64,000 nt of DNA from a bacterium. GTDB lineage: Bacteria > JAAXHH01. The position numbers were made by a program, and so were the translations under genes. Location: the NCBI GenBank assembly GCA_965242885.1, contig CBDETH010000008.1, positions 150,286 to 214,285 of the forward strand, read 5' to 3'. Every line of letters begins with the position of its first letter. Positions within the stretch are counted from its first letter, which is position 1. The notes below the pieces were generated by a model. That model was not told the origin of the DNA. It saw only the letters and a list, made by a program, of their open reading frames with translations, and searched no databases. Shown here piece by piece: positions 29,753-38,549 of the stretch.

Positions 29753-31480
29753 TTGTTGACCGAATTAACCGTACGGAATTTCAAGCCTTTTGATGACGTC
29801 CGTATAGAACTCGCCAACCCCGTCGTGTTCATTGGCCCGAACAACTCCGGGAAGACGTCGGCAATGCAAGCACTGGCGTTGTGGAACACCGGCCTGAAGC
29901 GATGGAACGAGCGCCGTTCCGGATCACCCGCGCCTGAGCGCCGACCCGGGGTAACGGTCAACCGCCGTGACCTGATCGCCATGCCAGTTCCTTCAGCCAA
30001 TCTGCTCTGGAGGGCGCTACGTACGCGAAACGTCCGGCAAACAACCGGCGGGCCGAGGACATCCAATATCCGCATCGACGTAATCGTCGTCGGCGTCGGG
30101 AAACAGGGCGAATGGAAGTGTGGACTGGAGTTCGATTATGCCAACGAGGAGTCGATCTACTGCCGACCCTTACGAAACGATGGCGACGCCGACTCCCGCA
30201 TGGCGGTTCCCCCCGAGGCGGGCGCCGTGGAGGTCGCCTTCCTTCCCCCCATGTCAGGGCTTTCAGCCACCGAAACGCGGTTGGATCCAGGCGCGGTCGA
30301 TGTGCGCGTCGGGGAGGGCCGAACCGCGGAGGTACTGCGCAATCTTTGCTTTCAAGTCTCCGAAGGGGATCCCCACCGTTGGGAGGCCATCATATCGCGT
30401 ATAGCACAGTTGTTCGGCGCTGAAATCGATCCTCCGAAATACGTGGTCGAACGGGGAGAGGTCACCATGACCTACCGGGAGGAAGGGGTACAGCTCGACC
30501 TGTCCTCAAGCGGCCGGGGCATGCAGCAGACGCTGCTTCTCCTCGCGTACATGCACGCGAATCCCGGTGCGGTCGTCCTGCTCGACGAGCCCGACGCCCA
30601 TCTCGAAATCCTGCGGCAGCGCCAGATCTACCGAATGATCTCCGAAGAGGCGGAGGGAAATGGTTGTCAGATCATCGCGGCCAGTCATTCCGAGGTCTTG
30701 CTGAACGAAGCGGCGGGCAGGGATACGGTTGTTGCCTTCATCGGGAATCCACACCGGATCGACGACCGAGGCAGCCAGACGTTGAAGGCGCTCCGCGAAA
30801 TCGGCTTTGAGCAGTACACCCAGGCTGGTCAAACCGGCTGGGTGTTGTATCTGGAAGGGTCGACGGACCTCGCGATCCTGCAGGCCTTTGCTAAACGGCT
30901 GAATCATCGTGAAGCGATGCACGCGCTTGAGCGTCCCTTCGTCCACTATATCGGAAACCAATTGGCGAAGGCGGAAAGCAATTTTCACGGACTCAGGGAA
31001 GCGCTGCCCACGCTGCGAGGCATAGCAATCCTGGACGAGATCACGCGGGACCAACCCGCCGACGGGCTGGCGTGCATGGCGTGGGAGCGGCGGGAAATCG
31101 AAAATTACCTCTGCACTCAAGCGACGCTTGAAGCCTACGCCGCTTCAAGCGATAGGGCGGCAGCAGTCGGACCTCTCTTCGAATACGCAGAGGCAAAAAA
31201 ACGACTGGACGCAATGCGGGCCGCCATCCGGGAAGTATCCGCGGCAATGATCACTCTGGGTCGGGGATCTCCCTGGGACGCAGACGCCAAGGTGAGCGAT
31301 GAATTCCTTGCCCCACTCTTCGCCGACTATTTCGAACGGCTGCAACTCCCCAATCTGATGAACAAGAGTAGTTACCACAAGTTGGTGGACTTTGTTCCCG
31401 ATCAGGAGATTGACCCTGGGATCAGACGCGTCCTGGACGCCATCGCGACAACGGATGCGGAATCCAGCGGAAAGGCCTGA
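29753..31480 (+). CDS. ABC-type ATPase (AAA_21/AAA_15-like) with a C-terminal TOPRIM/DUF4435-like domain (OLD-family / PARIS-like / PrrC-like position)
   Basis: Walker A (GPNNSGKTS), Walker B (VVLLDEPDAHLE), H-loop (IIAASHSE); the C-terminal region carries VLYLEGSTDLAIL and ILDEITRD (TOPRIM-like E…DxD); lies between hsdR and hsdS on the opposite strand. Confidence 0.6.
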   Translation: MLTELTVRNFKPFDDVRIELANPVVFIGPNNSGKTSAMQALALWNTGLKRWNERRSGSPAPERRPGVTVNRRDLIAMPVPSANLLWRALRTRNVRQTTGGPRTSNIRIDVIVVGVGKQGEWKCGLEFDYANEESIYCRPLRNDGDADSRMAVPPEAGAVEVAFLPPMSGLSATETRLDPGAVDVRVGEGRTAEVLRNLCFQVSEGDPHRWEAIISRIAQLFGAEIDPPKYVVERGEVTMTYREEGVQLDLSSSGRGMQQTLLLLAYMHANPGAVVLLDEPDAHLEILRQRQIYRMISEEAEGNGCQIIAASHSEVLLNEAAGRDTVVAFIGNPHRIDDRGSQTLKALREIGFEQYTQAGQTGWVLYLEGSTDLAILQAFAKRLNHREAMHALERPFVHYIGNQLAKAESNFHGLREALPTLRGIAILDEITRDQPADGLACMAWERREIENYLCTQATLEAYAASSDRAAAVGPLFEYAEAKKRLDAMRAAIREVSAAMITLGRGSPWDADAKVSDEFLAPLFADYFERLQLPNLMNKSSYHKLVDFVPDQEIDPGIRRVLDAIATTDAESSGKA

Positions 31481-31588
31481 GGCCTAGCAAAGACCGGGAG
31501 TCCGAAATCAGCCTTTACGCCACCCATCGGACCTAGCGAAGCCCAGTAGTAAAATCCAGACTCGTCAGACCGGAACGCAGGCAGAGAA

Positions 31589-32263
31589 TCACGCCGGGTT
31601 AACCGACGGTTCCCCCGATTCCGGCCTGGGTTCGAAAGTTAGCAGCCTGTCCCGGTAATACTCGTATTGTTTCCGACGCGCGGCCAGTTCGGCCGGCAAC
31701 CCGATCGTAATATCGTTCACGAGCATATCGAAACGATCCAGGATCGAGACGATACGCTTCTGTTCGGTTAGGGGCGGGACGGGGATTTTGATCTTTTTAA
31801 TCGCGCGAGGGTGAACCCGATAGACTTTCGTGCCAGTTGCAAATCTCCTGAACTCGCTCAAGTATGAGTTGGACATCAGAATGTAATTGAGAAAACCCGG
31901 CGCTATCAGGTCTTTCCTGATGATTTTCAGTACGGTAGTTTCAGTCCCGGCAAGAAACTTTTGTTGGGTAGTATTCTCGATCAACACGGCCTTTCCGATG
32001 TCGTCCTTCGTTTCCGAAGTCAGATTATAAACGATGTCGCCCGTATCCAGTAGTTGATCGTTTCGAAAACGTTCATTTGCCGAAACTTTAGCTATATGAT
32101 CGAACTCTGAATCGAGATTGACCACCCTGTGATATAGTTTGTAAACATCTCCATAATGAATGTACGGTATTGTATTTATTGCAGAAATCCGGTTGCGTGG
32201 AATACTTGCGCCTTTGCTGAACGTTGCAATATCACCTATCTTCACCCCCCCCCCCCCCCCCAT
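31589..32263 (-). CDS. hsdS: HsdS C-terminal half (TRD2 plus distal conserved region); begins at an ATG fused to the poly-G tract
   Basis: …IPVPPLTEQKRIVSILD…RRKQYEYYRDRLL… is the HsdS conserved region; MGGGGG is encoded by the homopolymer. Confidence 0.75.
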   Translation of the reverse strand: MGGGGGVKIGDIATFSKGASIPRNRISAINTIPYIHYGDVYKLYHRVVNLDSEFDHIAKVSANERFRNDQLLDTGDIVYNLTSETKDDIGKAVLIENTTQQKFLAGTETTVLKIIRKDLIAPGFLNYILMSNSYLSEFRRFATGTKVYRVHPRAIKKIKIPVPPLTEQKRIVSILDRFDMLVNDITIGLPAELAARRKQYEYYRDRLLTFEPRPESGEPSVNPA

Positions 32264-32918
32264 CTAATTCATTGATATTAAACAACTTATCTCTGTAATA
32301 CTCATACTGCTTTTTTCTTGCTTCCAGCTCTGCTTCCAGCTCTGCTTCCAGCTCTTTAAAAGTGTCGAGGGTTTTCACGATCTCTGCTTGGATAGGCAAG
32401 GGGGGAATGGGGATTTCGAGACGTGACCACTTGCTCTTTGTAAGTCCAAATCGCGTAATCCCCGTCGCTGCTTTTTGAATTTGCTTTTGTAGTTCGTCAG
32501 ATTCAAATAAATATGCAATGTAACAAGAAGTAGTATAGTTGGATTTATGGGGTCGAAGCCTCATTACATGATAACTATACACGGCGTTGTGGATGTTTTC
32601 GACAGCGACGGCAGATATGCCTATATCTTCCTTAGTTTCAGAAGTTGGTGTAATAAAAATATCACCTCGTTTAATGTCGCAGCTTTCGAATTGTGCGTCT
32701 GTCGCAGTCACCTTCATTTTCAATATGTCCTTAGAAATGAACTGGTTTCTCACGACATCCATGTAATTTAAAAGTAAAACTTGTTTCTGCCCTTCCTTGG
32801 TCTTTTTATCTGCACCGACCTTTCCGAATCCGCATAATCTGCCCAACGCCCGAAACTCCACCCCATCCGGACACAATTCGGATATCAGTTTCTCGATACG
32901 ACCCACGTGCGTTTTCAT
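32232..32918 (-). CDS. hsdS: HsdS N-terminal half (TRD1 plus central conserved region), truncated by a frameshift at the poly-G tract
   Basis: …LEIPIPPLPIQAEIVKTLD…KKQYEYYRDKLF…; the start ATG overlaps the hsdM stop (ATGA). Confidence 0.8.
   Translation of the reverse strand: MKTHVGRIEKLISELCPDGVEFRALGRLCGFGKVGADKKTKEGQKQVLLLNYMDVVRNQFISKDILKMKVTATDAQFESCDIKRGDIFITPTSETKEDIGISAVAVENIHNAVYSYHVMRLRPHKSNYTTSCYIAYLFESDELQKQIQKAATGITRFGLTKSKWSRLEIPIPPLPIQAEIVKTLDTFKELEAELEAELEARKKQYEYYRDKLFNINELDGGGGGGEDR
32245..32261 (-). repeat. Homopolymeric tract of 17 G (minus strand; 17 C on plus) at the junction of the two hsdS halves: a candidate phase-variation switch
   Basis: Counted directly; a 1-nt contraction to 16 G fuses the halves in frame (…LDGGGGGVKIGD…). 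Confidence 0.85.
32318..32356 (-). repeat. 12-bp x3 tandem repeat encoding (ELEA)3 in the HsdS central conserved region
   Basis: tgcttccagctc x3 read directly; analogous to the TAEL copy-number variation that changes spacer length in EcoR124I/II. Confidence 0.8.
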
Positions 32919-34480
32919 CTCGTTCCTTCTATTTCTAATACGATTTCGTCGATGGCCGTGCGGAGTTCCTGCTGGTGCGCAACGATCCGGTCGATCTCCT
33001 CGTTGAGCGCCTTGATATCGATAGTCTCCCGGGTGTCCTCGGGCTCCACGTAACTCGAAACCGAGATATTGTAGTCGTTCTGAGCGATAGCCTTGTTGTC
33101 GATCAGGGCGGCGAAGTGTTCGATGTCGACGCGATCAGCGTACGCCTTGAGGATCTTCGCGCGGTGCTCATCGGCCAGCTTGTTCTTGTTGCCTGAACGG
33201 ACGAATTCGGAGGATGCCTCGATGAAGAGCGTCTTGTTGTCCGCCTTGCTTTTTTTCAGCACGATGATGCAGGTGGCGATGCTGGTTCCGAAGAAGAGAT
33301 CGGGGGGTAGCTGGATCACTGTGTCGATGTAGTTGTTTTCAATGAGATAGCGACGAATCTTCATTTCGGCTCCGCCGCGATACAGTACTCCTGGAAACTC
33401 GACTATGGCAGCTGTACCGCTGGTTGAAAGCCAGGAAAGCATGTGCATGACGAAAGCGAGATCGGCCTTGCTTTTGGGCGCCAAAACGCCTGCTGGAGAA
33501 AACCGCGGGTCGTTGATGAGGATCGGATTCGCGTCGCCGTCCCATTTGATCGAATAGGGCGGATTGGAGACTATGGCGTCAAACGGTTCATCGTCCCAAT
33601 GCGCCGGGTCGGTGAGTGTGTCTCCGAGGGCGATATCGAACCGCTCGTAATTGATGTCATGCAGGAACATGTTGATGCGGCAGAGGTTAAAGGTCGTGAG
33701 GTTTACCTCCTGCCCGAAGAAACCTTGGCGAACCTTCTCCTTCCCTAGCACCTTGGAGAACTTCAGCAGCAACGAACCCGAACCACAAGCCGGATCGTAT
33801 ACCTTGTTTACATCGTGCCGGCCGACGGTCGTGATTTCTGCGAGCAATTCGCTGACCTCCTGCGGGGTGAAAAATTCGCCGCCGGACTTGCCCGCGTTCG
33901 ATGCATACATCGTCATCAGGTATTCGTAGGCATCTCCGAAAGCGTCTATGGTAGAGTCGGCGTAATCCTGGAAACTCAGTCCGGCAATGGCGTCGAGCAG
34001 TCTAACCAGTTTACGGTTCCGCTGTTCCACCGTGGCGCCGAGTTTGGGCGAGTTTACGTCTAGGTCATCGAAGAGGCCCTTCAGGTCGTCCTCGCTCGCA
34101 GTGCCCTTTGCCGAGTTCTCGATATTTCTAAAGACCCTGGCGAGCGTTTCGTTCAGGTCCTGGTCTTGTCGCGCGGAAGCCGCCACACTGGCAAACAACT
34201 CGGAGGGCAGGATGTAAAATCCTTTCTCCTTTACCGTTTCGTCACGCCCCAACTCCGCATTTTCGTCCGACAGTTCTGCGTAATCGAAATCGGAGATGCC
34301 CCCTCGACGTTCGTCGTCGTTGATATAGGCGGTGAGGTTCTCGCTGATAAATCGGTAGAACAACATCCCCAGCACGTATTGCTTGAAGTCCCAACCGTCC
34401 ACGCTGCCCCGTAGATCATTGGCAATCTGCCAGATCGTGCGGTGCAGTTCTTCCCGATCTTGATGATTAGCGTGTGTCAT
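32915..34480 (-). CDS. hsdM: Type I restriction-modification methyltransferase subunit (HsdM)
   Basis: HsdM N-terminal domain plus N6-adenine MTase motifs (…DPACGSGS…, NPPY). Confidence 0.9.
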   Translation of the reverse strand: MTHANHQDREELHRTIWQIANDLRGSVDGWDFKQYVLGMLFYRFISENLTAYINDDERRGGISDFDYAELSDENAELGRDETVKEKGFYILPSELFASVAASARQDQDLNETLARVFRNIENSAKGTASEDDLKGLFDDLDVNSPKLGATVEQRNRKLVRLLDAIAGLSFQDYADSTIDAFGDAYEYLMTMYASNAGKSGGEFFTPQEVSELLAEITTVGRHDVNKVYDPACGSGSLLLKFSKVLGKEKVRQGFFGQEVNLTTFNLCRINMFLHDINYERFDIALGDTLTDPAHWDDEPFDAIVSNPPYSIKWDGDANPILINDPRFSPAGVLAPKSKADLAFVMHMLSWLSTSGTAAIVEFPGVLYRGGAEMKIRRYLIENNYIDTVIQLPPDLFFGTSIATCIIVLKKSKADNKTLFIEASSEFVRSGNKNKLADEHRAKILKAYADRVDIEHFAALIDNKAIAQNDYNISVSSYVEPEDTRETIDIKALNEEIDRIVAHQQELRTAIDEIVLEIEGTR

Positions 34481-34789
34481 TCAGCTTCCAATCCTATCTC
34501 GATGCTTGGTCTTTGGTGAGATCTCTTTGGGGTGTATATGACCGTCGCTGTCTGCCCACGCAGTCTTCACGAATACGAACAGTGGATTGTAGTCCTGTCG
34601 TGCCTGTTTCGTATCGAACAAACACCGGATCTAAGTACCGGCAACTCTGTCTGGATTTACAAGGGGTACAATATAGAGGTATCCAAACTTCTCGACAATC
34701 AAAAGACCTATGGACGGATGTGAAGCGGATCACCACCAGTTCGTATATTCGATTCACATTACATCGATTTCCATCGCTCACGTGGCCTA

Positions 34790-36043
34790 TCACCCGCCGA
34801 GCGCCCATCCCGTGGGTATCCCCATCACGCCATCACCCAGGTCTCGGATGTGAGGATCATTGGATAGCACCAGCGCCTGGAGGACGGGTTTGTCCAGGAT
34901 CTCATCCAAACGACGCAAATGGCGCGCATCCCTTTGCGAGACCTTTTCTTTGAATTTGATTTCGATAGGCACATAGCCGCTTTCGGTCTCGATCAGCAGA
35001 TCAACTTTCCGACCGTCGACTGTTCGCAGATGATGAAAATCAACGGGCAACCTCAGATTTCGCGCTTGCTTAAAGATCTCCACGATGATGGCACCTTCGA
35101 ATTCGGTACCCGTTGGCCGGGACCTGCGGTTGAGCAGTGCGCGTTGGACGCCTGGATCGAGGAAGTGTATTTTCGCTGCCTTGGAAAGGCGTTTGTTTCG
35201 GTTTCTGAACCACGGCTGTAACTGGATGATCTGGTAACTGATTTCGAGGTAGGAAACAAAACGAATGATCGTCCTGTGCGTCACGCTGGCGAGACGGGCC
35301 AGTTCGCTGATATTCAGCAAACCGCCAGCCAAACCGCCCAATGCCCGCAACATGCGTACATAGGGCACCAGGTCCCGAAGATTGGCCAGATCTCGAAGGT
35401 CTCTTTGCAGATACGTTCGCAGGTAGTCCTGTAGCCACCCGTACCGGTCCTCCCGGGACAGCGTGATATCGGAAACTACCGGCATGCCCCCGAATTCCAG
35501 GTAGTGATCGAGATGATCAACCGCTCTGGCGTACCTGTCGCATTGCTGGGGTATCCCTGATACGAGGATTTCAAGATCCCCCGATACAAGATACCGGACC
35601 AGGCGGGATTCCACGACCGGATCGTGCCAGGAATCGGTCATCATTTCCGGTATCGTGAGTGGATACAGTTCCATAATCGTGACGCGTCCAGCCAGGCTCT
35701 CCCGTATCTGCTCCATCAACAGGATCTGGCTGGATCCAAGCAGAATGGCACGGGCGTCGGTATACCGGTCGTACACCGCCTTGATGGATTCGACAATCGA
35801 TGGCGCTTTCTGAATTTCGTCCAGGATGACCCTGGGATAACGTTGGTACCACAGTGCCGCTGAAAGCGCAGTATAGTCCGGGCGCACGATCGGGTCTTCG
35901 AGCGAGACGAAACCGTATTCAGGAAACCCGGCCTGTACCAGGGTGGTCTTGCCTGTTTGACGGGCACCTGTCAATGCGATCAGTCGTCCCAGGCGGGTAT
36001 CTGCCTTCTGTTTCATCAAGGACAGCACAGTCCGGTTTTTCAT
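34790..36043 (-). CDS. AAA+ ATPase with a DUF4143 domain
   Basis: Walker A (GARQTGKTT) and the C-terminal DUF4143-like region; a common defence-island passenger. Confidence 0.7.
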   Translation of the reverse strand: MKNRTVLSLMKQKADTRLGRLIALTGARQTGKTTLVQAGFPEYGFVSLEDPIVRPDYTALSAALWYQRYPRVILDEIQKAPSIVESIKAVYDRYTDARAILLGSSQILLMEQIRESLAGRVTIMELYPLTIPEMMTDSWHDPVVESRLVRYLVSGDLEILVSGIPQQCDRYARAVDHLDHYLEFGGMPVVSDITLSREDRYGWLQDYLRTYLQRDLRDLANLRDLVPYVRMLRALGGLAGGLLNISELARLASVTHRTIIRFVSYLEISYQIIQLQPWFRNRNKRLSKAAKIHFLDPGVQRALLNRRSRPTGTEFEGAIIVEIFKQARNLRLPVDFHHLRTVDGRKVDLLIETESGYVPIEIKFKEKVSQRDARHLRRLDEILDKPVLQALVLSNDPHIRDLGDGVMGIPTGWALGG

Positions 36044-36329
36044 GTCACAAACTCATTTTGGCGTATTATTATGCTCTTTATGATAAATTATACGCTGTTA
36101 ATTCGATAAAGCAACCGAAATTTACGTTGAAAACACTCGTGTGGCGATACGAAGCCACAGGAGGGAGGGGAATTCAAGCGTGGGAAATGGTGGTCTGAAC
36201 CGGGGGATGCGTGCCTGGGTGTTCTGTGGGGGGAACGGCACCACGTTTTCATGGAAAAGACGAGATCGATTCCTGGCGGAATCAGTAATCAGTTATCCAT
36301 CGTTGTCGACGACGCGACCGTCTGCGTCA

Positions 36330-37919
36330 TTAGTCAGGCTGTCCCGCCGGAACTGGAGTCAGAGGGGGTTCAGTCACGGTCAACATCCCCGTACCCGATA
36401 CTCCGTCCATTGCGGCTTTGATCGTGGCTTCTCCAGCCGAAACACCCATAGCGAGACCAGAGGTGTCAATCGTCGCAACAGATTCATCCGAACTTGTCCA
36501 CGTAAACGCCACATCCGGGACCGACATCCCGTCAGCCGCCTTGGCCACTGCTTCGAGCTGCCGGGCTTGGCCTTCCTCGACTGTCGTCTCCGATGGAGTC
36601 ACTTCGATGATCGCTACCTCCGGCTTGCCGTCCGTCAGTTTCTGGATTGTATTGGGCACACTGTCAACCGAAGTGACCTCATCGATCTGCTTTGTGACAC
36701 GGACGTTTAACTCCGGGAACTTGTTAACCGTCGGCGCGATGCGGGAATCCCACGAGCCGACGCCTTTGTTGTACCGTTCTACCGCCTGCCGAAGCGACTT
36801 GCCCACGTCGATATAGTGCCCGGCAAAAACCGTCAGCCGTTCGTACATCTCCTTGCCCAGGTCGCTGATCTGCCGGGCGGTCTCCGCGACGCGGATCTGC
36901 TGCCAAGACATCTCCACGGCCTTGAGAAGCGCCAGCAGGGCGGGCGGCGTGACGATCACCACGTTCTTCTCGAGGGCCCGGTCCGTTAGCCCGGGTTCCC
37001 GCTCGACGGCGGGGATGAAAGCGAATTCGGGCAAGACCATCACCACCATGTCCGGCGTAGAGGCCAGGACGCTCCAGTACTCTTTCCTGGCCAGGGAGTC
37101 CACGTGACTTTTTACCTGGCTGACATGGCGATCGAACGCGGCGGACCTGGATTCGTCGTCGTCCGTCTCGAAGGCTTCCATAAGCGCCGTCAGTGACACC
37201 TTGGAATCGAGAATGACCGTCCGGTCCTGCGGCAGATGGACGATCACATCGGTTCGGATCCGTTCGCCTTCGCTGTCGAAGCTGTCCTGCACCGTGAAAT
37301 CGATATCCTTACTAAGGCCCGAAAGCTCCAGCACGCGCTCGAGCTGCGTTTCGCCCCAGCGTCCGCGCACGTCGGGCCGCTTGAGCGCGTTGGAAAGCGT
37401 CTGGGCCTCGCTGGCAAGTTCCTTGTTGGTCTGCATGAGGTTCAGCATCTGGGTGCGGAATTCACCGGCGTTTTCCGCCCGCGCCTTGTCCAGCGACACG
37501 ATTTTCTCCGATAGGGGCTTGACCAGTTTCTCGACGGCTTCCTGGCGTGCTTTTAACGATTCCTCGGCGTTTGCCTTGAACGATTCCTGCTGCGACTTCA
37601 GGACTTCCGACGACAGGGCCTTGAAGGTGTCCTTAAACCGCTTCTCGACCTCGTCCCGCTCGCCGAGGCGTTCCTGCGCATTGGTGAGTTTCTGAAGCAG
37701 TTCGGCCCGTTCAACTTCCAGCTTCCGGACTTCCTCCAGTGACTTCCCCGCTTCGGCCAGTTGCTCGCGCACGACGCCCAGTTTGGTCTCCATGGCCGCC
37801 TTCTCGCCGCTGAGCGTATAGATCCGGCTGCTGTTTCTTAAACTCCAGACCAGCACGCCTGCCGCCAGCGCCAGGCATCCCAGGAGCGCGATGAGCAATA
37901 TGATCGTCAGTGTGTCCAT
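36330..37919 (-). CDS. RmuC-family protein (membrane-anchored, coiled-coil, PD-(D/E)xK-like) with a C-terminal Big_2 Ig-like domain
   Basis: N-terminal TM, long coiled coil, RmuC core (…RPDVRGRWGETQLERVLELSG…), then …EVTPSETTVEEGQARQLEAVAKAADG…ATIKA… (Big_2-like). Confidence 0.6.
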   Translation of the reverse strand: MDTLTIILLIALLGCLALAAGVLVWSLRNSSRIYTLSGEKAAMETKLGVVREQLAEAGKSLEEVRKLEVERAELLQKLTNAQERLGERDEVEKRFKDTFKALSSEVLKSQQESFKANAEESLKARQEAVEKLVKPLSEKIVSLDKARAENAGEFRTQMLNLMQTNKELASEAQTLSNALKRPDVRGRWGETQLERVLELSGLSKDIDFTVQDSFDSEGERIRTDVIVHLPQDRTVILDSKVSLTALMEAFETDDDESRSAAFDRHVSQVKSHVDSLARKEYWSVLASTPDMVVMVLPEFAFIPAVEREPGLTDRALEKNVVIVTPPALLALLKAVEMSWQQIRVAETARQISDLGKEMYERLTVFAGHYIDVGKSLRQAVERYNKGVGSWDSRIAPTVNKFPELNVRVTKQIDEVTSVDSVPNTIQKLTDGKPEVAIIEVTPSETTVEEGQARQLEAVAKAADGMSVPDVAFTWTSSDESVATIDTSGLAMGVSAGEATIKAAMDGVSGTGMLTVTEPPLTPVPAGQPD

Positions 37920-37929
37920 GTGAAGATTT

Positions 37930-38544
37930 CTATCCTTTTATCACTTCAAGTAAGATGATTCTTGTTTCCTTGCAGAACTGTTCCAATAGTAGAGGAGAAA
38001 AACGACTCGACAACATCATTTTACCTGGTGTAATCGAATTGACTTTAGCTCCATAATGCCTTCGAACCACCTCATCAAATCTTTTTCGTGTTCTTGCATT
38101 TCCGTGGGCGATGTGATTTCTTACTTTCCTTAAATCGGATATAAAACTCCCATATATAGTTATAGTATTGATAAAGTGTTCATCTGCGGGAAACAGGTTT
38201 TCCAGGTTTTTTTTGATATCCGACGCTCGCCCCCATCTGAGCTGAATTCTGCTGTTGGAACTTCTCTCATATTCCAACATCGCTACACGAGCTCTTTTAA
38301 AGCTTCTTGTAGGACGGTGTCTGAGTAGCTGCGGAGTCGACCCGTCGCAGTAATTTGTACCGCATATCATCCGACAAGCTGAATCCTCAAATATGACCTC
38401 CAAAAGAGAGAATAGACGTACAACTATCATTTCGGCCAAGTAAATACGAGGAAGACTATCTAATGAATTTAAACGGGTTACAAGAGTTAATGCAGTTTCA
38501 GTTGTGTGACGGATTCTGTCAGCCTGTGGATGTAGAGTTGACAT
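37930..38544 (-). CDS. HEPN-like protein (Rx4H motif RNHIAH)
   Basis: 204-aa, all-alpha prediction by eye, with a C-terminal-half KVRNHIAHGN motif matching the HEPN Rx4-6H consensus; 5 nt downstream of the DUF262 gene. Confidence 0.4.
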   Translation of the reverse strand: MSTLHPQADRIRHTTETALTLVTRLNSLDSLPRIYLAEMIVVRLFSLLEVIFEDSACRMICGTNYCDGSTPQLLRHRPTRSFKRARVAMLEYERSSNSRIQLRWGRASDIKKNLENLFPADEHFINTITIYGSFISDLRKVRNHIAHGNARTRKRFDEVVRRHYGAKVNSITPGKMMLSSRFSPLLLEQFCKETRIILLEVIKG

Positions 38545-38549
38545 TGTAA

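Noticed and set aside
29753-31480. Naming the embedded ATPase as PrrC, AriAB (PARIS) or GajA
   Set aside because: The ATPase motifs are generic ABC-type. There is no recognisable anticodon-nuclease motif and no GajB partner, and the C-terminal TOPRIM/DUF4435 similarity is by eye only. It is reported as a family-level candidate, not a named system
32245-32261. The poly-C/G run as a mere sequencing error making hsdS a dead pseudogene
   Set aside because: This cannot be excluded from the sequence alone. But the tract sits exactly at the inter-TRD junction, an ATG is fused to it, and a single-nucleotide change restores a full-length frame. That is the hallmark of programmed phase variation, so it is kept as a finding with an explicit read-level test
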